From an uncultured Candidatus Saccharibacteria bacterium (lineage in GTDB: Bacteria > Patescibacteriota > Minisyncoccia > Ryanbacterales > 2-02-FULL-48-12), in assembly GCA_964479945.1 (NCBI GenBank), contig CAYZNS010000004.1:13715-77714 (forward strand): a stretch of 64,000 bases of DNA, read 5' to 3'. Under the pieces are notes generated by a model, which was not told the origin of the DNA, made no database searches, and worked only from the letters and a program-made list of their open reading frames with translations. Within the stretch, counting starts at the first letter, position 1, and each line of letters begins with the position of its first letter. This document shows, piece after piece, positions 20,201 through 30,520 of the stretch. Both the position numbers and the translations under genes were made by a program.

Positions 20201-20446
20201 TTCGGCGAGATGGAAGTATGGGCGCTGGAAGGATTCGGCGCCGCACACACGCTGCAGGAGATGCTTACCATAAAATCTGACGACGTTGCCGGGCGCGTGT
20301 CCACATATGACGCCATTGTGCGCGGGGAGCCGTTTAAGAATCCAAATATTCCGGCGTCATTTCATGTGCTTGTAAATGAACTTAAAGGATTAGCTTTAGA
20401 CGTGGATCTTGTACATGAAGCCAAGCATGAACTTGAGAGAGAATAA
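17282..20446 (+). CDS. rpoB: RNA polymerase beta subunit
   Basis: GDKLAGRHGNKG, GGQRFGEME, FMDQTN motifs. Confidence 0.99.
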   Translation: MQKKYFSRYKEPLMPLPDLVDMQVSSFRWMLEKGMHELFSDFFPVEDYSGGLRLEFAEFALEDPKHDEYHARDHNLSYEAPLRLRLRLVNKKTGELKEQEVFLGDFPLMTKRGTFVINGVERVIVSQLARSFGVYFTEYYLRGKKFFGAKIVPSRGAWLEFETDIDGAIYVKIDRKRRIPVSSLLRILGLHTDDEIKNAFGTVDNTDVSYIGRTLEKDTARTLDEAYVELYKRIRPGDLATVDNARELLQSMFGSDRYDLSLVGRYKFNQRLQLESGTKAGTRVLDAQDITAVVSEIIRMNQNPHLTADDIDHLGNRRVRGIGEMLQSRLRIGLARMERIIKDRMSTLDASLLTPVQLVNARPFMAAMKEFFTTNQLSQFMDQTNILAELEHKRRVSALGPGGLTRERAGFEVRDVHPSHYGRICPIQTPEGPNIGLVGHLASYARISEYGIIETPYRKVEDGKLTSEIQYLTAFEEARFNIAHAGVPYLSDGTIAEDLVEARVKGQPGVVSKSDIQYMDISPQQAISIATSLIPFLEHDDANRALMGSNMQRQAVPNILPQAPLVATGVEGRVARDSGLVVVAEEAGTVTAVDAREIIVKESKQERTYQLITYLRSNNATALHHRPLVHVGEKIEKGQVLADNLSTNNGQLALGQNILVSFLSWGGSNYEDAIILSERLVQRDAFSTVHIEDFTINVRDTKLGPEVTTHDIPNVGEDKLKDLDEEGIVRIGAEVRPGDILVGKISPKGESDLTPEERLLRAIFGEKARDVKDSSLRMPIGKQGRVVGVKVFSRDQGDRLESGVIKSVRVEVAQLRKVLVGDKLAGRHGNKGVISRILPVEDMPHLKDGTPVDIILNPLGVASRMNIGQILETHLGWAAGTAGYQAITPSLLGASDEEIHAELEAAGLPEDGKVELYDGRSGELFGQRVTVGIIYMMKLTHMVEDKIHMRSIGPYSLITQQPLGGKAQGGGQRFGEMEVWALEGFGAAHTLQEMLTIKSDDVAGRVSTYDAIVRGEPFKNPNIPASFHVLVNELKGLALDVDLVHEAKHELERE

Positions 20447-20498
20447 CACAATTTACCATGAATCAAGAATTATGAATTATGGGATTTGAAAGTAATAA

Positions 20499-20682
20499 GA
20501 GCCTATCTCAAAAATAATGAGGAGCTGAAATCCTTAAAATTCGTTGCGAAAATTGCAAAAAATGAGGAGGCATAGCGAGCTATGGCGACGAGTTTTTTGC
20601 AATTTGCAGCCGAATTTTAAAGATTTCAGCCCTCAAGTGCCATAATTTGTTATATTTGCACGGTTATTTTTGAGATAGGCTC
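20499..20682. mobile_element. 184-bp palindromic MITE-like element between rpoB and rpoC
   Basis: 19-bp perfect TIR GAGCCTATCTCAAAAATAA / TTATTTTTGAGATAGGCTC with internal IRs; a lone similar end at about 15961-15984. Confidence 0.75.
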
Positions 20683-20738
20683 AAGTTAATGCTTCTTTTT
20701 TCCTTAATTCATAATTCAAGATTCATAATTCATATTTC

Positions 20739-23700
20739 ATGAACACTTTAGAAAAAGACAACATAATAGTAGATCAGAATTTTGACGCAATTGCCTTGCG
20801 GCTGGCTTCGCCCGCGCGCATGTTGGAGTGGTCGCATGGGGAAGTCTTGAAACCGGAAACCATCAACTACCGCACCCAGCGGCCGGAGCGCGACGGTTTG
20901 TTTTGCGAGCGCATATTCGGGCCAGAGAAGGATTACGAGTGTTACTGCGGAAAATACCGCCGCATCCGTTTTAAAGGCATCATCTGCGACAAATGCGGCG
21001 TTGAAGTTACGCGCGCGGTGGTGCGAAGAGAACGCATGGGGCATATTGCGCTGGCGTCTCCCGTTTCGCACATTTGGTTCTTACGCGGCGTGCCTTCCAA
21101 AATGAGCTTGCTCTTGGGCGTCTCCGTCAGCGATCTGGAGAAAGTAATTTATTTCGCGGGCTATATTGTACAGCATGTGGACGAGGATCGGCGCCGGGAG
21201 GTTTTGTCAGAGATTGAGCGCGAGTATAAATTGAAATTGAAAGCGGGCGTGCGGGACAAAGACACGCTGAAAGAGGCGGCTGACCAGGCAAAGTCGGAAG
21301 TAAAAAGCATCACGCGCATGCAGGTGCTCTCGGAAGTGGAATATCACCACATCAGCATGAAATACGCCAATCTCTTCCGCGCGGGCATAGGTGCCGAAGC
21401 GTTGTACGATATTTGCACGGGTGTTGATTTTACCGTGTTGGAATCAAGCTTGAATGAAGAAGCGGAGCGCTCTTCAAATCCGGTGCAGAAGCGAAAAATA
21501 TTAAAACGCTTGCAGCTTGTCCGGGCCATGCAGACTACCGGCATACGTCCCGAATGGATGTTTCTTACCATTATTCCAGTTATTCCGCCGGCGCTGCGGC
21601 CCATGGTTCCCCTTGATGGCGGGCGGCACGCAACCAGCGATGTCAACGATTTATACCGGAGAGTAATCAACCGGAACAACCGCTTGAAACGCCTCTATGA
21701 ACTCAAAGCGCCTGAAGTAATATGCCGCAATGAAAAGCGCATGCTGCAGGAAGCGGTGGACGCGTTGATAGACAACTCTATCCGGCGGGGACAGGCAGTG
21801 GTAACGTCGCAGGCGCAAAAGCGCCCGCTGCGTTCTCTCGCCGACATGCTCAAAGGCAAGCAAGGGCGGTTCCGGCAAAATTTGCTGGGCAAGCGCGTGG
21901 ATTACTCCGGGCGTTCCGTTATTGTGGTAGGGCCTGACTTGAAACTGCATCAGTGCGGCTTGCCGAAGCATATGGCATTAGAGTTGTTTCGTCCATTCGT
22001 AATCCGAAAAATCATTGAGCGCGGGCTTGCGTTTAACATCCGCGGCGCCGGACGCCTTATTGAAGACGCGACCCCCGACGTATGGGCGATTTTGGAAGAG
22101 GTGGTGGATGGCAAATACGTGCTCTTAAATCGCGCGCCCACGCTGCATCGCTTGGGAATCCAGGCATTCCAGCCGAAACTTATTGAAGGCCGCGCTATAC
22201 AGCTGCATCCGCTCTCGTGCGAAGCGTTTAATGCCGATTTCGACGGCGACCAGATGGCGGTGCACGTGCCGCTTACGAAAGAAGCGCAGTATGAGGCGCG
22301 TGAAATTATGGCGGCGGAAAAAAATTTGCTCAAACCCGGCACGGGCGATGCCATCGCGCGGCCGCAGCAAGATATCGTGCTTGGCTGCTACTGGCTGACG
22401 CAAGTAAAGGATGGCGCGCAAGGGGAGGGCAAAATATTTTCCGACCGCCAAGAAGCGTTGATGGCGCTGGAACACGGCGCGGTGAGTCTGCAGGCGAAGA
22501 TTAAAGTGCGGTTAACCGAGAATGAATTGGAGCTTACGGAAACAACCCCCGGTCGCATTATTTTCAATAACGCCCTGCCGGATGGATTTGAGTTTGTTAA
22601 TAACGGGCTCAATAAAAAATTTCTCACGGCGCTTACGAGTAAAATCGTACGCCAGTACGGCGCGGAGGGATCGGCCCCCATTCTGGACAGCATAAAAGAT
22701 ATTGGTTTCGAGTATGCCACGCGTTCGGGTATAAGCTGGGGCATCAGCGATCTGCCGGAGTTGACCCGCAAGAAAGAGATTATTGATCAAGCGCTCGCGG
22801 ATGCGCAAGTGGTTCGCGATCAGTTTGAGCGCGGACTGCTTACGGACACAGAGCGCTATGCCAAGGTGGTGGAAATTTGGAATACGAAAGTAAAGCCTCA
22901 AATAGACAAAGAGGTGCGGGAATCTTTGGATAAGGCAGGCCCTATTTTCTCCATGATCGATTCCGCCGCGCGCGGCTCTTGGGTACAGGTAAACCAAATG
23001 GCGGGCATGAAAGGCATGGTCGTCAATCCATCCGGCCGGATTATTGAGCTTCCCATTGTTTCCAGTTATAAAGAAGGCCTCAATGTGCTTGAATATTTCA
23101 TATCTACGCACGGCGCGCGTAAAGGCACGGCGGATACGGCATTAAAAACCGCGGCGGCCGGCTATTTGACGCGGCGTTTGGTTGATGTGGCCCAGGATGT
23201 GGTGGTAACGGAGGAAGATTGCAATGATGATAACGGCCTCATTGCGTACCGGAAGGATGTGGAAGAGGTAAATAAAAGTTTCGCTTCGCGCATATTCGGG
23301 CGCACGCTGCTGGCCGATGCGCGGCATCCGGAAACAAAGAAGGCGCTTGCGCGCGCCGGCGAAATAATTACCATTGACATGGCGGAACTTATTGATAAGT
23401 CCGGGCTTTCTACGGTGCATCTGCGCTCTCCCGTAACGTGCAAGACGCGCCGCGGCGTGTGCCAGGCATGTTATGGCTATGATTTGGGGACAAATTCGCA
23501 AGTGCGTATCGGCGAGGCGGTTGGCATTGTAGCGGCCCAGGCGATCGGCGAGCCCGGCACCCAGCTTACCATGCGCACATTCCATATCGGCGGCGTGGCG
23601 GGCGGCGGCGATATCACGCTTGGCTTGCCCCGCGTGGAAGAAATATTTGAAATACGCACGCCGAAGACGAAGGCGATTATTTCCGAGGTAAACGGAAAGG

Positions 23701-24410
23701 TGTTGGAGATTAAGGATGAAAACCGCGACCGCATCGTACGCGTTCTTCCCGATGACGACGACGGCACAAAGCGCGATGTGCAGGAATATACGATTCCGTT
23801 CGGCAAGGGTGTGGTGGTAAGCGAACATGATGTGATAACAAAAGGCCAGCCGGTCTCTGACGGCATTGTGGATACGAAAGATCTCTTTAAGGTGGCCGGC
23901 ATAGCCGAAGCGCAGAATTATATTATTCGGGAAATCGGCAAAGTATACGCGCTGCAGGGCTCTCCTATTAACGAAAAGCATATTGAAGTCATTGTGCGCC
24001 AGATGTTTTCGCGCATACGGGTGAAGACCGCGGGTTCCACGCGTTTCAGCGAAGACGAAATAGTGGAGCGCGACCGCTTTCTGGAAGAAAATGACCGCGC
24101 GCTTGCCGCGAACGGCGATCCCGCAAAAGGCGTGCGGCTTTTGATAGGCATTTCCAAGACGGCGCTTTCGGTTTCCAGCTTCCTCTCGGCCGCAAGCTTC
24201 CAGGAGACCACGCGTGTTCTTATTAATGCGGCCATAGAAGGGCAGGTTGATCATCTGCGGGGCCTTAAGGAAAACGTAATAATCGGGCGCCTGATACCGG
24301 CTGGCACGGGATACCGCAAAGACATTCCAAAAACGATCGGACCGACCTACACCGAAGACGAAGAAGCGGAGGTGGAGATAGAAGAGATGGCAATGGAAGA
24401 ACAGGTGTAA
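20739..24410 (+). CDS. rpoC: RNA polymerase beta' subunit
   Basis: NADFDGD catalytic motif; N-terminal zinc finger. Confidence 0.99.
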   Translation: MNTLEKDNIIVDQNFDAIALRLASPARMLEWSHGEVLKPETINYRTQRPERDGLFCERIFGPEKDYECYCGKYRRIRFKGIICDKCGVEVTRAVVRRERMGHIALASPVSHIWFLRGVPSKMSLLLGVSVSDLEKVIYFAGYIVQHVDEDRRREVLSEIEREYKLKLKAGVRDKDTLKEAADQAKSEVKSITRMQVLSEVEYHHISMKYANLFRAGIGAEALYDICTGVDFTVLESSLNEEAERSSNPVQKRKILKRLQLVRAMQTTGIRPEWMFLTIIPVIPPALRPMVPLDGGRHATSDVNDLYRRVINRNNRLKRLYELKAPEVICRNEKRMLQEAVDALIDNSIRRGQAVVTSQAQKRPLRSLADMLKGKQGRFRQNLLGKRVDYSGRSVIVVGPDLKLHQCGLPKHMALELFRPFVIRKIIERGLAFNIRGAGRLIEDATPDVWAILEEVVDGKYVLLNRAPTLHRLGIQAFQPKLIEGRAIQLHPLSCEAFNADFDGDQMAVHVPLTKEAQYEAREIMAAEKNLLKPGTGDAIARPQQDIVLGCYWLTQVKDGAQGEGKIFSDRQEALMALEHGAVSLQAKIKVRLTENELELTETTPGRIIFNNALPDGFEFVNNGLNKKFLTALTSKIVRQYGAEGSAPILDSIKDIGFEYATRSGISWGISDLPELTRKKEIIDQALADAQVVRDQFERGLLTDTERYAKVVEIWNTKVKPQIDKEVRESLDKAGPIFSMIDSAARGSWVQVNQMAGMKGMVVNPSGRIIELPIVSSYKEGLNVLEYFISTHGARKGTADTALKTAAAGYLTRRLVDVAQDVVVTEEDCNDDNGLIAYRKDVEEVNKSFASRIFGRTLLADARHPETKKALARAGEIITIDMAELIDKSGLSTVHLRSPVTCKTRRGVCQACYGYDLGTNSQVRIGEAVGIVAAQAIGEPGTQLTMRTFHIGGVAGGGDITLGLPRVEEIFEIRTPKTKAIISEVNGKVLEIKDENRDRIVRVLPDDDDGTKRDVQEYTIPFGKGVVVSEHDVITKGQPVSDGIVDTKDLFKVAGIAEAQNYIIREIGKVYALQGSPINEKHIEVIVRQMFSRIRVKTAGSTRFSEDEIVERDRFLEENDRALAANGDPAKGVRLLIGISKTALSVSSFLSAASFQETTRVLINAAIEGQVDHLRGLKENVIIGRLIPAGTGYRKDIPKTIGPTYTEDEEAEVEIEEMAMEEQV

Positions 24411-24547
24411 GCAGTTGTAAGTAGTAAGTTGTAAGTTCTAAATAAAAAAACTGATAAATAAACAGTAAAAACCCCCTTCTCTGACCCCACCGTAATCCTC
24501 CCCTTATGAAGGGAAGGAAAGAGGAGGGGTTTTTTGTTTTGAATAAT

Positions 24548-24645
24548 GGGACTGTTGCCGAATGGCACTTTTAGCGATTTTTGCCCGAAAATATCCTTAT
24601 TTTTCAACAGGCAAATTTAAAAAAACGGCATTCGGCAACAGTCCC
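24548..24645. mobile_element. 98-bp MITE-like element with 5-bp TSD
   Basis: TIR GGGACTGTTGCCGAATG / CATTCGGCAACAGTCCC; ATAAT on both sides (24543-47, 24646-50). Confidence 0.75.
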
Positions 24646-24858
24646 ATAATACAAGAGCTCATAAACATTTGCGAATTACGAAACTCCACCAACGTTGTCA
24701 TTGCGAGGGCTATCCGCGCCTAGGCGGATCCGCCTTGGGCGGAAAATTCGTACGTTTTTATTCCCAATTTATCCAAATGAAAACCGCCCGACCAATGCCA
24801 GACGGTTTAATGGCAAGAACTCGCAAATCAGAGCAAGTGCCAGGATTGTGATCAGTTA

Positions 24859-25033
24859 GAAAGTGTTTACAAACCCTTCGTAGCGAAGCTTTCCTGCTTT
24901 GAGCTGATACAAGGAAGGCAAGTAAAACGGCATAAGGCGTAGCAACGCTACGGTGAAATGCTGTTTTACGCAGCCTGACGCCGTAGCAGCCAAAGCAGGA
25001 AAGCTGCAGTAGAAGGGGTTTGTAAACACTTTC
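24859..25033. mobile_element. 175-bp palindromic MITE-like element, possible TTA TSD
   Basis: TIR GAAAGTGTTTACAAACCC / GGGTTTGTAAACACTTTC; internal arms AGCTTTCCTGCTTTG / CAAAGCAGGAAAGCT. Confidence 0.75.
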
Positions 25034-25076
25034 TTAGTGACTTACAACTTACAACTTTTTTTGCTATACTATACTC

Positions 25077-27335
25077 ATGTTTTGGAGCAGGAAAAAGGCA
25101 AAAAAGAAGCGGCGGGAGCAACGGCGGGAAATTGAGGAAGAAGAGGAGGAGCGTGCGCCCTGGCATGCTGATTTGCATACGGAGACGAAGCGGTCGGTAT
25201 GGGCGGTTCTTTCGTTTTGCATGGCGCTTATATTTCTTCTGGCATGGTTTGGAAAAGCGGGGCTTGCGGGGGAGCGCATCTCGTCGTTTTTCACGCTCTT
25301 GTTCGGCAACGCTTTTCTCGTAGTGCCGATTATGTTTCTTCTTGCAGGCATATCTTTTTTGTTTGGCATGCGCCAACGCGTGATGGGGGGTACCTTTTTC
25401 GGAGCGCTTCTGTTTTTAGTAAGCGTGCTGGGATTAGGCGAGATTATCGGCGGCCCGGAGACAAGCGGCTATGTGGGGCTTGGCATTGCGTTGGCGCCCC
25501 TGAAATTTTTTGACGTTGCCGCAAGCAGTATAATATTCGGTACCATTCTTTTAATATCGCTTCTCCTCATGTTTAACAAAGCGCTGGTGCCGCGGCGGAT
25601 AGAGAAGGAAGAACCGCAGAAAGAGATGCCGGTAAACGAAATGAATACCACAGATGAGGAGCATGCTGCCACAGAGAAGAGAGGACTCTTCGCGCGCATG
25701 GTACGTTTTTTGTTTGGCAAACGGCAGTTTCAAGCAGATATGCCCGCCGCGCTGGAACCTGTTGCAACGAGTGAAGAGATGGCGCCGGCATCTGCGGCAA
25801 TAGAACCGGCGCTGCAGGAGATGCCGGCCCCGTTGGATGATGGGGTGCTGCCGATAAAAGATGATAAGCCGGTTGCCTATCGGCGCGTTCCCTCAAGCTA
25901 TAAGCCGCCGCCGCTGAATCTGTTGGAAGAGGATCGCGGCAAGCCATCATCGGGCGATGTGCGTGCGAATGCGAATATCATCCAGCGCACGCTTCAGAAC
26001 TTTGACATTGACGTGGACATGGGAGAGGTGAATATAGGTCCCTCGGTAACACAATATACCTTAAAGCCCGCCGAAGGCATAAAACTTGAGCGCATTACAA
26101 ATCTTGCCAGCAACCTTGGCATGGCGTTGGCAGCTCATCCGTTACGCATTGAAGCGCCTATTCCCGGCAGATCGCTCGTGGGTGTTGAAGTACCGAATAA
26201 ATCTATCTCATTTGTGGGACTGCGAAGGCTGATGGCAGAATTTACCGCGAAAAAACGTGAAATGGTACTCGGATTCGCGTTGGGACGGGATGTTACGGGC
26301 ACCGCCGTGTTTACAGATATTGCGCGTATGCCGCATCTGCTCATCGCCGGCAGCACGGGATCTGGTAAATCTGTTACCATTCATTCTTTACTCTTAAGTC
26401 TTTTATTTTCTAATCCGCCGGAGATGCTGCGGTTTATTATGATAGATCCAAAGCGCGTGGAGATGGTGTATTACAGCGATATTCCGCATTTGCTCACGCC
26501 CGTGGTAACGGAAGCCAAGAAAGCGATTGTCGCGCTTCGGTGGGCAGTCAGGGAAATGGAACAGCGGTACAAAATGCTCCAGGATGCGCGTGCCCGCGAT
26601 ATTGTTTCTTACAACAGCGATGCCGCCAATGCTGATATATTGCCGCATGTTGTGATAATAGTAGACGAGCTTGCGGAGTTGATGGCAATCTATCCGCGGG
26701 AAGTGGAAGCAAACATCACGCGGTTGAGTTCAATGGCGCGCGCGGTAGGAATTCACCTTGTGGTTTCCACGCAGCGGCCATCGGTGAATGTTATAACCGG
26801 CCTTATCAAAGCGAATATCACCACGCGCATTGCGCTTCAAGTGGCGTCCCAGATAGATTCGCGGACCATTCTGGGCGCCGCGGGCGCCGAGAAGCTTTTG
26901 GGGAAAGGGGATATGTTGTATCAACAGGGCGATGGCGCCAAACCGCGGCGCATCCAAGGCGTGTTTGTATCGGAATCGGAAGTAAAGCGTGTTACGCAAT
27001 ATTTGCAGCAATTGGCAGGAGATGTGTATCCGGCTGCCGTAGATGATCAGGACGTTATTTTCGGCGGGCAGAGCTCGGAGGAAATTAAACTTGAAGGTGA
27101 AGAAGCAGACGATGAAAAATATGAAGAAGCGCGAGAGCTTGTAATTGCCGCGGGGAAGGCGTCTATTTCCATGCTTCAACGGCGGCTTGGACTAGGGTAT
27201 GCGCGGGCCGGGAAACTTATTGATATGCTTGAAGACCGCGGCGTGGTTGGGCCGGGCGATGGAGCTAAGCCGCGGGATGTGCTGGTAAGCCGTGAGGCGG
27301 AGAACGTGCTTGAGCGGGATTTGCATGAAGCGTAG
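25077..27335 (+). CDS. ftsK: DNA translocase FtsK/SpoIIIE
   Basis: N-terminal TMs, PHLLIAGSTGSGKS, IVDELAEL, gamma domain ASISMLQRRL. Confidence 0.97.
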   Translation: MFWSRKKAKKKRREQRREIEEEEEERAPWHADLHTETKRSVWAVLSFCMALIFLLAWFGKAGLAGERISSFFTLLFGNAFLVVPIMFLLAGISFLFGMRQRVMGGTFFGALLFLVSVLGLGEIIGGPETSGYVGLGIALAPLKFFDVAASSIIFGTILLISLLLMFNKALVPRRIEKEEPQKEMPVNEMNTTDEEHAATEKRGLFARMVRFLFGKRQFQADMPAALEPVATSEEMAPASAAIEPALQEMPAPLDDGVLPIKDDKPVAYRRVPSSYKPPPLNLLEEDRGKPSSGDVRANANIIQRTLQNFDIDVDMGEVNIGPSVTQYTLKPAEGIKLERITNLASNLGMALAAHPLRIEAPIPGRSLVGVEVPNKSISFVGLRRLMAEFTAKKREMVLGFALGRDVTGTAVFTDIARMPHLLIAGSTGSGKSVTIHSLLLSLLFSNPPEMLRFIMIDPKRVEMVYYSDIPHLLTPVVTEAKKAIVALRWAVREMEQRYKMLQDARARDIVSYNSDAANADILPHVVIIVDELAELMAIYPREVEANITRLSSMARAVGIHLVVSTQRPSVNVITGLIKANITTRIALQVASQIDSRTILGAAGAEKLLGKGDMLYQQGDGAKPRRIQGVFVSESEVKRVTQYLQQLAGDVYPAAVDDQDVIFGGQSSEEIKLEGEEADDEKYEEARELVIAAGKASISMLQRRLGLGYARAGKLIDMLEDRGVVGPGDGAKPRDVLVSREAENVLERDLHEA

Positions 27336-27352
27336 ATATAAGTAGATATAAT

Positions 27353-27733
27353 ATGATTTTAACTTCCGACTATCTTAAAGAATCACGCAGGACGCTCCTT
27401 AAAAAACGGGTGCGGCTGTTCGTTGCAATAAGTACTATTTTCTTGGTGGGCGCCTATTTTGCTTATCAGACGAGCGACGCCATGCGTCCGCCGGAACTTG
27501 AGATAGCGCAGCCCGCCGACGGCGCCACGCTTGACGGGCCGGTAGTTGTGGTGGAAGGTTTTGTCACGCCCGGCATCCGATTGACAGTGTATGGCGTAGA
27601 AGCGTATAGTGGGAACGATGGACGGTTCTACGTAGAGCTGCTGTTACCGGCGGGGTTGCATGTTATAGGTATCAGCGCGGAAAACAGGTTTGGTAAAACA
27701 AGTTCCCTGGAGCGCAGAATAGTGGTGAAATAA
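27353..27733 (+). CDS. Single-TM protein with Ig-like extracellular domain (possibly a RodZ-like remnant)
   Basis: TM followed by PPELEIAQPADG..VVEG beta-rich domain; lies between ftsK and recA. Confidence 0.7.
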   Translation: MILTSDYLKESRRTLLKKRVRLFVAISTIFLVGAYFAYQTSDAMRPPELEIAQPADGATLDGPVVVVEGFVTPGIRLTVYGVEAYSGNDGRFYVELLLPAGLHVIGISAENRFGKTSSLERRIVVK

Positions 27734-27856
27734 CTTTGAATAACGAAAACCGCAGGGAATGTGACTAACCGAGCTCTGCACACAAGCGAAGCGAAGTGTG
27801 AATAGCTCGGTTTGGCACATTCCAGATGTCAAATAATGCGTTTCGTTATTCAAAGT
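27733..27856. mobile_element. 124-bp MITE-like element with 5-bp TSD carrying the GTGACTA..TTGGCAC core hairpin
   Basis: TIR ACTTTGAATAACGAAA / TTTCGTTATTCAAAGT; AAATA at 27728-32 and 27857-61. Confidence 0.75.
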
Positions 27857-27871
27857 AAATAAGCAATACGT

Positions 27872-28912
27872 ATGCAAAAAACAGCCCAAAAGGAACAAAA
27901 ACAAAAAAAAGCGGAGGTCGCAGTGGATAAAGTCGCGGCAGTTGATGAAGTAGTAAAAGAAATTCAGGGCCGGTACGGCGAAGGGTCGCTTATGCGGCTG
28001 GGCGGCATGCGCAAGGTTGATGTGGAGGTGATACCCACCGGCTCTTTTACGCTGGATATGGCTTTGGGCGTAGGCGGCATACCGCGCGGACGCATTGTAG
28101 AGATTTTCGGACCTGAATCTTCCGGCAAAACGACGTTGGCTTTGCACGTTGTGGCTAATTCCCAGCGAATGGGCGGCATATGCGCTTTTATTGACGCGGA
28201 GCATGCGCTGGATCCCGAATACGCGAAGCGCATAGGTGTCAAAACGGAAAACCTGCTTGTCTCGCAGCCTGACAGCGGCGAGCAGGCGCTTGAGATTGCC
28301 GAGAGCTTAGTCCGAAGCGGCGGCATTGACCTTATTGTCATAGACTCTGTCGCGGCATTGACCCCGCGGGCTGAAATTGAAGGAGACATGGGCCAACAGC
28401 ATGTGGGCCTGCAGGCGCGCTTGATGTCGCACGCGCTCCGGAAGCTCACGGGAGCAGTATCACGCACGCACACCACCATTATTTTTACCAACCAGGTACG
28501 CATGCAGATTGGCATGATGTATGGAAACCCGGAAACCACGCCGGGCGGCAAAGCGCTTAAATTCTATGCATCAGTGCGCGTAGAAGTGCGGCGTGCGGCA
28601 AAAATCCAGAAAGGAGAGGAGGTTATCGGCAGCCGTACGCGGGCAAAGGTGGTGAAAAATAAAGTGGCGCCGCCATTTCGCACGGCCGAGTTTGATATTA
28701 TGTACAATCAGGGCATCTCCTATGAGGGTGATGTTATTACCGTGGGCGCAAAATACGGCATCATAAAAAAGGCGGGCGCGTCGTTCTCCTATGGTGATAT
28801 AAAGTTAGGGCAAGGGATGGAAAATGCAAAAAAGTTTCTCCGCGAGAACAAAAAAACAACCGACGAGGTTGTAAGGGAAGTAAAAAAGAAGCTGGACGAG
28901 GAGAAAGAATAA
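27872..28912 (+). CDS. recA: Recombinase A
   Basis: [26 protein letters not shown]. Confidence 0.99.
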   Translation: MQKTAQKEQKQKKAEVAVDKVAAVDEVVKEIQGRYGEGSLMRLGGMRKVDVEVIPTGSFTLDMALGVGGIPRGRIVEIFGPESSGKTTLALHVVANSQRMGGICAFIDAEHALDPEYAKRIGVKTENLLVSQPDSGEQALEIAESLVRSGGIDLIVIDSVAALTPRAEIEGDMGQQHVGLQARLMSHALRKLTGAVSRTHTTIIFTNQVRMQIGMMYGNPETTPGGKALKFYASVRVEVRRAAKIQKGEEVIGSRTRAKVVKNKVAPPFRTAEFDIMYNQGISYEGDVITVGAKYGIIKKAGASFSYGDIKLGQGMENAKKFLRENKKTTDEVVREVKKKLDEEKE

Positions 28913-28919
28913 TAACCGA

Positions 28920-29120
28920 TTATCTCAATGTAAACGGGAGCAGTGCCAAGTGCCGCGCGTGTTTTATGGCGCGCGTAAGACGGCGCTGGCACGAAGCACA
29001 AGTGCCTGTTTTGCGGCGGGGCTGTATTTTTGCCTGCGTATTTATAAACCCGCGCAAAATCTCCGTATCTTTATAATCAATAAGCTGTACGTTATTTACG
29101 CAAAATTGACATTGTTTCAT
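28920..29120 (-). CDS. rpsR: 30S ribosomal protein S18
   Basis: C..C, IDYKD, KIQPRRKTG.C, AIKHAR.LALLPF. Confidence 0.95.
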   Translation of the reverse strand: MKQCQFCVNNVQLIDYKDTEILRGFINTQAKIQPRRKTGTCASCQRRLTRAIKHARHLALLPFTLR

Positions 29121-29124
29121 AAAT

Positions 29125-29216
29125 CTCGTAACTCGTAATCCGTAACTCGTAATCCGTACCAGGAAGATTAATAAGATAAAATTCCTTTGTACGAGTTACG
29201 GTTTACGGATTACGAA
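29125..29216. repeat. Inverted heptamer arrays (CGTAACT/TTACGAG type)
   Basis: ctcgtaactcgtaatccgtaactcgtaatccgta ... tacgagttacggtttacggattacga. Confidence 0.85.
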
Positions 29217-29226
29217 TCCCTGTTTT

Positions 29227-29673
29227 TTAAAACGGTATTTCTTCCGGATTAACGTCGTCTTCGGGGTATTCCACGGTTGCAACATCTTCTTGTGGCGCTT
29301 TCCTTGCCGACGCCGCACCTGTGGTACCCCCGAGAGATGATCCGGTTGCGCGCGGGCCAAACTGGAAATTCTCCACAATTATCTCCGTGCGCGACTTTTT
29401 CTGCCCGTCCTGCCCGTCCCATGATCGCGTCTGCAGGCGGCCTTCTACATAGAGCGACCCGCCTTTTTTCATGTATTGGTGGATTAACTCTGCCGGTTTT
29501 CCGAATGCAACAAGATTATGAAATTCAGCCTGCTGCTGCTTCTGGCCGCTTTGATCCGTCCAGGTACGGTTTGTTGCCAAGCCAAAATTCACAACCGGTT
29601 TGCCGGAAGGAAGCGTTTTTAATTCCGGATCCCGCGTGAGATTTCCAATAAGAAGCGCTTTGTTTAGATTCAT
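29227..29673 (-). CDS. ssb: Single-stranded DNA-binding protein
   Basis: NKALLIGNLTRDPE, VEGRLQTRSW, C-terminal EEIPF. Confidence 0.97.
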   Translation of the reverse strand: MNLNKALLIGNLTRDPELKTLPSGKPVVNFGLATNRTWTDQSGQKQQQAEFHNLVAFGKPAELIHQYMKKGGSLYVEGRLQTRSWDGQDGQKKSRTEIIVENFQFGPRATGSSLGGTTGAASARKAPQEDVATVEYPEDDVNPEEIPF

Positions 29674-29677
29674 ATTC

Positions 29678-29762
29678 ACGTATAACGTGTAACATGTAAC
29701 GTATAACGCAAGAAAAATATATGTATTGTTTCTTCACGTTCTACGTTCTACGCTTCACGTTT
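29678..29762. repeat. Inverted heptamer arrays (TAACGTG/TTCTACG type)
   Basis: acgtataacgtgtaacatgtaacgtataacg ... cttcacgttctacgttctacgcttcacgtt. Confidence 0.8.
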
Positions 29763-29767
29763 TATGA

Positions 29768-30217
29768 TTAATTTCCTAATATTTCATCCAACTTTTTATC
29801 CAACTCTTTTTCATCAACTTTTTCCGCTTGCTTTTCGGGCGTGTCCGCCGGAGGCACGCTGCCTGCAGCTGTTTTTAGTCCCGGCGCGCGTCCGCGCCGT
29901 ACTATCGGCTGGGCAGTTGTGCGCTCCCACGACAGCACTAAATGCCTTACAATGGTATCGTGCGTTTTTACTTCCCGTTCAATGCCGCCAATTGCGGGGG
30001 GTGCGATGGAAAATTGCAGCGCGGCGAAATAGGCCTGCTCTATTTTACGAATGGGATAAGAAAGCTTGCGGATTTTCGGATCCGTGGTTCTCTCGAGCAT
30101 ACCGTTGTATTTTTCAATAATGGACCGAACATTGCCAAGTTCCGCCGCAGCTTCCTCTTCCGATAGCTCCGATTTTATAAGCAGGCCTATTTCATATAAC
30201 TGCGGCTCTTGTGCCAT
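29768..30217 (-). CDS. rpsF: 30S ribosomal protein S6
   Basis: YEIGLL..RKLSYPIRK; rpsF-ssb-rpsR order. Confidence 0.93.
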   Translation of the reverse strand: MAQEPQLYEIGLLIKSELSEEEAAAELGNVRSIIEKYNGMLERTTDPKIRKLSYPIRKIEQAYFAALQFSIAPPAIGGIEREVKTHDTIVRHLVLSWERTTAQPIVRRGRAPGLKTAAGSVPPADTPEKQAEKVDEKELDKKLDEILGN

Positions 30218-30274
30218 AAGGGCATTGTACTATAAGGGATCTCTTATAGCAAGCAGGTATTTGCCTCGCAGGGC

Positions 30275-30303
30275 TTGACAAATATTTTATAACATGCTAT
30301 TCT
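30275..30303 (+). promoter_or_regulatory. sigma70 promoter P1
   Basis: TTGACA-17 bp-(TGc)TATTCT. Confidence 0.65.
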
Positions 30304-30337
30304 GTCGGCAGAATTAAGAACAAGTGTCTCACCAAAG

Positions 30338-30482
30338 GGGTAAGAGTTCACAAACTCGAGTAAGCGCCAGGATTGTGACTAGCCGAGCTTTACACACACG
30401 CCAAGGCGGTGTGGATAGCTCGGCTTGGCACATCCGGAAATGGAGAAAAGCAATTATTGCTCGAGTTTGTGAGCTGTTACCC
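30338..30482. mobile_element. 145-bp palindromic element carrying the GTGACTA..TTGGCAC core
   Basis: Imperfect TIR GGGTAAGAGTTCACAAACTCGAG / CTCGAGTTTGTGAGCTGTTACCC; AAAG on both flanks. Confidence 0.7.
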
Positions 30483-30491
30483 AAAGAGAAC

Positions 30492-30520
30492 TTGACAAGA
30501 ATAGTATAACATGCTATAAT
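30492..30520 (+). promoter_or_regulatory. Consensus sigma70 promoter P2
   Basis: TTGACA-17 bp-(TGc)TATAAT. Confidence 0.8.

Noticed and set aside
23142-24254. Long antisense ORFs (also 51956-52954, 2899-3687, 40979-41692)
   Set aside because: Shadow frames opposite well-supported genes, with no protein motifs.
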